64,000 bases of DNA, taken from NCBI GenBank assembly GCA_963700155.1, contig OY969472.1, positions 598,431 through 662,430 on the forward strand, given 5' to 3'. Of this stretch, positions 61,018 to 64,000 are shown one piece after another; the stretch's first letter is position 1, and every line of letters begins with the position of its first letter. The stretch is from an uncultured bacterium. Lineage in GTDB: Bacteria > Patescibacteriota > Dojkabacteria > J137. Under the pieces are notes generated by a model. That model had not been told where the DNA came from, did not search any database, and worked only from the letters and a program-made list of their open reading frames with translations. The translations under genes were made by a program, and so were the position numbers.

Positions 61018-63462
61018 ATGCTAGGTTCTTCCAATATTTTTGATACGTCAATTTTAATAACAATTGTAATTGGACTGTTAGTTCTTCTTGTTATTGCGTT
61101 CGTAATTATTATAGGTGTGAATAGATTCTATAAAAGTATAAAAGAGAGCATCTTAAAAGAAAAAAATTTAGGATTGGTTTTCTATGAAGTCAGGTTGCCG
61201 AATGTTAATGAAGTTGAAATCAAAGCAGCAGAACAAATGTTTACAGGTTTAATTGGTATCGGAGAAAAACTTACAGGCTTAAAAAAGTATTTCGGTGCAA
61301 AGACTTTTGTAAGTTTTGAAGTTGTAGCTTTTAAAGAGAGTATAAAGTTTTTTGTAGTTTGTCCAAAGCGAATAGCCTCGGTAGTTGATAGGCAAATAAA
61401 TGGAACATATCCTACTGCAGAGATAATAAAAGTAAAGGAGTACAATTTATTCCCTGAAGATGGATACGTAGCTTCTACAGCTTTACAGCTTGAAAAAGAG
61501 TACAGATATCCAATCCAAACTTATGAAGAGCTCCCAGTTGATACTATTGCGACTTTAACTGATGCATTCAGTAAATTACAAGAAGGAGAAGCAGCTGCAT
61601 TCCAATTGATTATTTCACCCGCTGGCTCAGAATGGAGAAATCAATCAAGAGAGTATGTAAAGAAAATGCGTGAAGCTCCAACTGATGAAGAAGGCAAAAA
61701 GAAAGTCAATGTTGATGATGAGGCATTAAATTTAATTGATCAAAAGATTCAAAAATCCGGATTCTTTGCTAACGCAAGGTTAATTGTTGTTTCAAATGAC
61801 AAATACTCAGCTGATTCACACTTAGCAAATATTTTAAGTTCTTTTGATCCTTTTACAAAGGAAGGGAGTAATCGCTTTAAGAAGGTTAAATCGGATAAAT
61901 TAAAGAACTTTGCTACAGATTTTGTTTATAGAATTCCAAGAGAAGGTATGATTTTAAATACCGCAGAACTTGCGACTTTGTTTCACTTTCCTAATAGAAA
62001 TATAAAGACACCTTATATTCAATGGCTTTTATCTAAAAGGGAACCAGCACCTGATTTTGTTACGAGCAGATATGATAAGGATTATATGTATGTTGGACGA
62101 AATACATATAGAGGGCAGACTAGAGAAGTTTTCTTAAAACCAGAAGATAGATTAAGGCATTTTTATGTCATTGGACAAACTGGTACTGGTAAATCTGTGT
62201 TTATGTCAGGAATGATGATAAGAGACATGAAATTAGGTCATGGATGCGGATATATTGATCCACACGGAACAGACGTTGAAAAGATCATGCAGCAAATTCC
62301 TCCAGAAAGAGTAGAGGATGTTGTTATTTTTGATCCTGCTGATTTGGATAGACCAGTGGGTTTAAATATGCTTGAATTTAATTCAGAGGCTCAAAGAACC
62401 TTGGTAATTAATGAGATGCTTAATATATTTGATACTCTTTATAATCTTAAAGTTACTGGTGGACCAATGTTTGAGCAGTATTTTAGATATGCAATCATGC
62501 TTTTAACAGAAGATCCTGAGTCGGGTTCAACTTTAATGGAAGTGCCAAAAGTATTCGCTGATGAAGGATATAGAGCTTATAAGCTTTCGAAATGTAAAGA
62601 CCAGGAAGTCATAGATTTCTGGAAAAAGCAAGCAGAGCAAGCTGGTGGAGATGTTTCTTTAAAGAATGTTACACCATATGTAACTTCGAAAATGGCAAGC
62701 TTTTTATCAAATGCATACGTAAGACCAATTATTGCACAGCAACAATCTACTATAAAATTCAAAGAGATAATGGATCAACAAAAAATCCTTTTAGTAAAGC
62801 TTTCCAAAGGCAAGATTGGAGATTTTAATGCATCTCTTTTGGGAATGGTAATGATAGGTAAGCTTTTAATTGCAGCTCTTGAAAGAGAAGGGACAGCTGA
62901 AAAAGATAGAAAGCCTTTCTATCTTTACATTGATGAGTTTCAAAACTTCTTGACTGATGGAATTATGATTATCCTTTCTGAAGCTAGAAAATATCGATTA
63001 GCATTAACAATAGGACATCAGTTCTTAGGACAGTTAACAAGAGAAGGGGGAAATACTAAGATTAAAGATGCAGTTTTTGGAAATGTAGCTAATAAAGCAA
63101 TTTTCAGAGTTGGAGAAGAAGATTCTCCATTCTTAAGAAAAGTAATAGGTGAAGAGCTTCTTGAAGAAAAAGATTTACAGCAAGTTGAAAACTTTAACTT
63201 TTATCTAAAGATGCTTGTTGATGGAAGACCGACACCTGCATTCTCGGTTAATACTTTCTATAAAAGTATGTCACCATATGATATGTTAGGAGATCCAAAT
63301 GTAGAAATAGCTGAAGTTGCAAGACAGATTTCAAGATTGAAGTATGGAAAAGATAGAAATATTGTTGAGAATGAGATTAAGCTTAGAGGAACCTTTATAA
63401 AAGAGAAGGAAGATGATGGTAAAGGTAAAAATTCATTATTTGGTGGCTTTGGAGGATTCTAG
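61018..63462 (+). CDS. Membrane-anchored VirD4/TraD/HerA-like (DUF87) P-loop ATPase
   Basis: N-terminal TM; DRLRHFYVIGQTGTGKS, IDPHG, YLYIDEFQNF, SEARKY, AVFGNV, FRVG..D. Confidence 0.92.
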   Translation: MLGSSNIFDTSILITIVIGLLVLLVIAFVIIIGVNRFYKSIKESILKEKNLGLVFYEVRLPNVNEVEIKAAEQMFTGLIGIGEKLTGLKKYFGAKTFVSFEVVAFKESIKFFVVCPKRIASVVDRQINGTYPTAEIIKVKEYNLFPEDGYVASTALQLEKEYRYPIQTYEELPVDTIATLTDAFSKLQEGEAAAFQLIISPAGSEWRNQSREYVKKMREAPTDEEGKKKVNVDDEALNLIDQKIQKSGFFANARLIVVSNDKYSADSHLANILSSFDPFTKEGSNRFKKVKSDKLKNFATDFVYRIPREGMILNTAELATLFHFPNRNIKTPYIQWLLSKREPAPDFVTSRYDKDYMYVGRNTYRGQTREVFLKPEDRLRHFYVIGQTGTGKSVFMSGMMIRDMKLGHGCGYIDPHGTDVEKIMQQIPPERVEDVVIFDPADLDRPVGLNMLEFNSEAQRTLVINEMLNIFDTLYNLKVTGGPMFEQYFRYAIMLLTEDPESGSTLMEVPKVFADEGYRAYKLSKCKDQEVIDFWKKQAEQAGGDVSLKNVTPYVTSKMASFLSNAYVRPIIAQQQSTIKFKEIMDQQKILLVKLSKGKIGDFNASLLGMVMIGKLLIAALEREGTAEKDRKPFYLYIDEFQNFLTDGIMIILSEARKYRLALTIGHQFLGQLTREGGNTKIKDAVFGNVANKAIFRVGEEDSPFLRKVIGEELLEEKDLQQVENFNFYLKMLVDGRPTPAFSVNTFYKSMSPYDMLGDPNVEIAEVARQISRLKYGKDRNIVENEIKLRGTFIKEKEDDGKGKNSLFGGFGGF

Positions 63463-63477
63463 TGTATAATCCTCCGT

Positions 63478-64000
63478 ATGAATGTTTTTGATGAATCATT
63501 TCTAAAAGATCCCTTGCAGTTAAGACCTGATGAGACTTTAATTTTTCCTCATGCATTTGGAGAGCATAGATTAAGGATTAATGAGAATCTTGTGCTAGAT
63601 TCTTCACAAGATGAAATAGATATCCATAAGGTAGATAAAGTATTAATAAGCGATCTTTCTAACTTTGCTAAAGCTGCACAAGACTTCTTAACACCAAATA
63701 GAATTGAAGATTATCTAATTTATTGCAAGAATCCTAATATTATAAATTATCTAAAACTTATTAGAGATAATGGATATTTGGATTCAATTGATTTGTCTTG
63801 TTATGGAATAGAGTATGTATACCATTCTGCATGCAACTTATATGTAGATTCTGATGGAGCATTATCTGATAAGTTAGAAACTTTAAAGTTAAATAGAGTA
63901 TATGGATCACAAACAAGGGTTAGTTATTTTAGTGTTGACCCAGCGATGGCCCTGAGTCATGGCATTGGAAATTATAATTATCTTACCCAAAGACGATCGA
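63478..64000 (+). CDS. Hypothetical protein, truncated by the window end
   Basis: Open from the ATG at 63478 (MNVFDESFLKDP...) to the edge; TATAAT 7 nt upstream. Confidence 0.65.
   Translation, partial: MNVFDESFLKDPLQLRPDETLIFPHAFGEHRLRINENLVLDSSQDEIDIHKVDKVLISDLSNFAKAAQDFLTPNRIEDYLIYCKNPNIINYLKLIRDNGYLDSIDLSCYGIEYVYHSACNLYVDSDGALSDKLETLKLNRVYGSQTRVSYFSVDPAMALSHGIGNYNYLTQRRS

Overview
AT-rich (~30% GC by eye), gene-dense chromosomal window in genetic code 11. The gene content points to a Patescibacteria/CPR bacterium (inference): a VirB2-like pilin array, an FtsA-like plus baseplate-J-like pair, a membrane-anchored Clp ATPase and a DUF87/TraD-like ATPase. The left part has a frameshifted ileS, an Rmt/ArmA-family 16S rRNA methyltransferase, fmt, envelope enzymes, tRNA-Asn, a MacB-like ABC transporter and three tandem giant LamG/FN3 surface-protein paralogs with constant scaffolds and variable lectin-like cassettes. 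The middle has lexA, mltG, ruvX, comF, tmRNA, yidC, rplY and a Lon ATPase with no protease domain. The right part has groES-groEL with a CIRCE-like site, a ClpP-like peptidase, a TM-anchored Clp ATPase, six pilin-like genes, a SpoIID-like enzyme, smpB and a coupling-protein-like ATPase. The most unusual signal is the tmRNA. It lacks both halves of the tRNA elbow (D-loop GG and TPsiC loop), and its 5' leader forms a 25-bp hairpin with the first 14 nt of the mature RNA, which suggests non-RNase P maturation. All protein family calls come from motif recognition by eye; no database searches were run.
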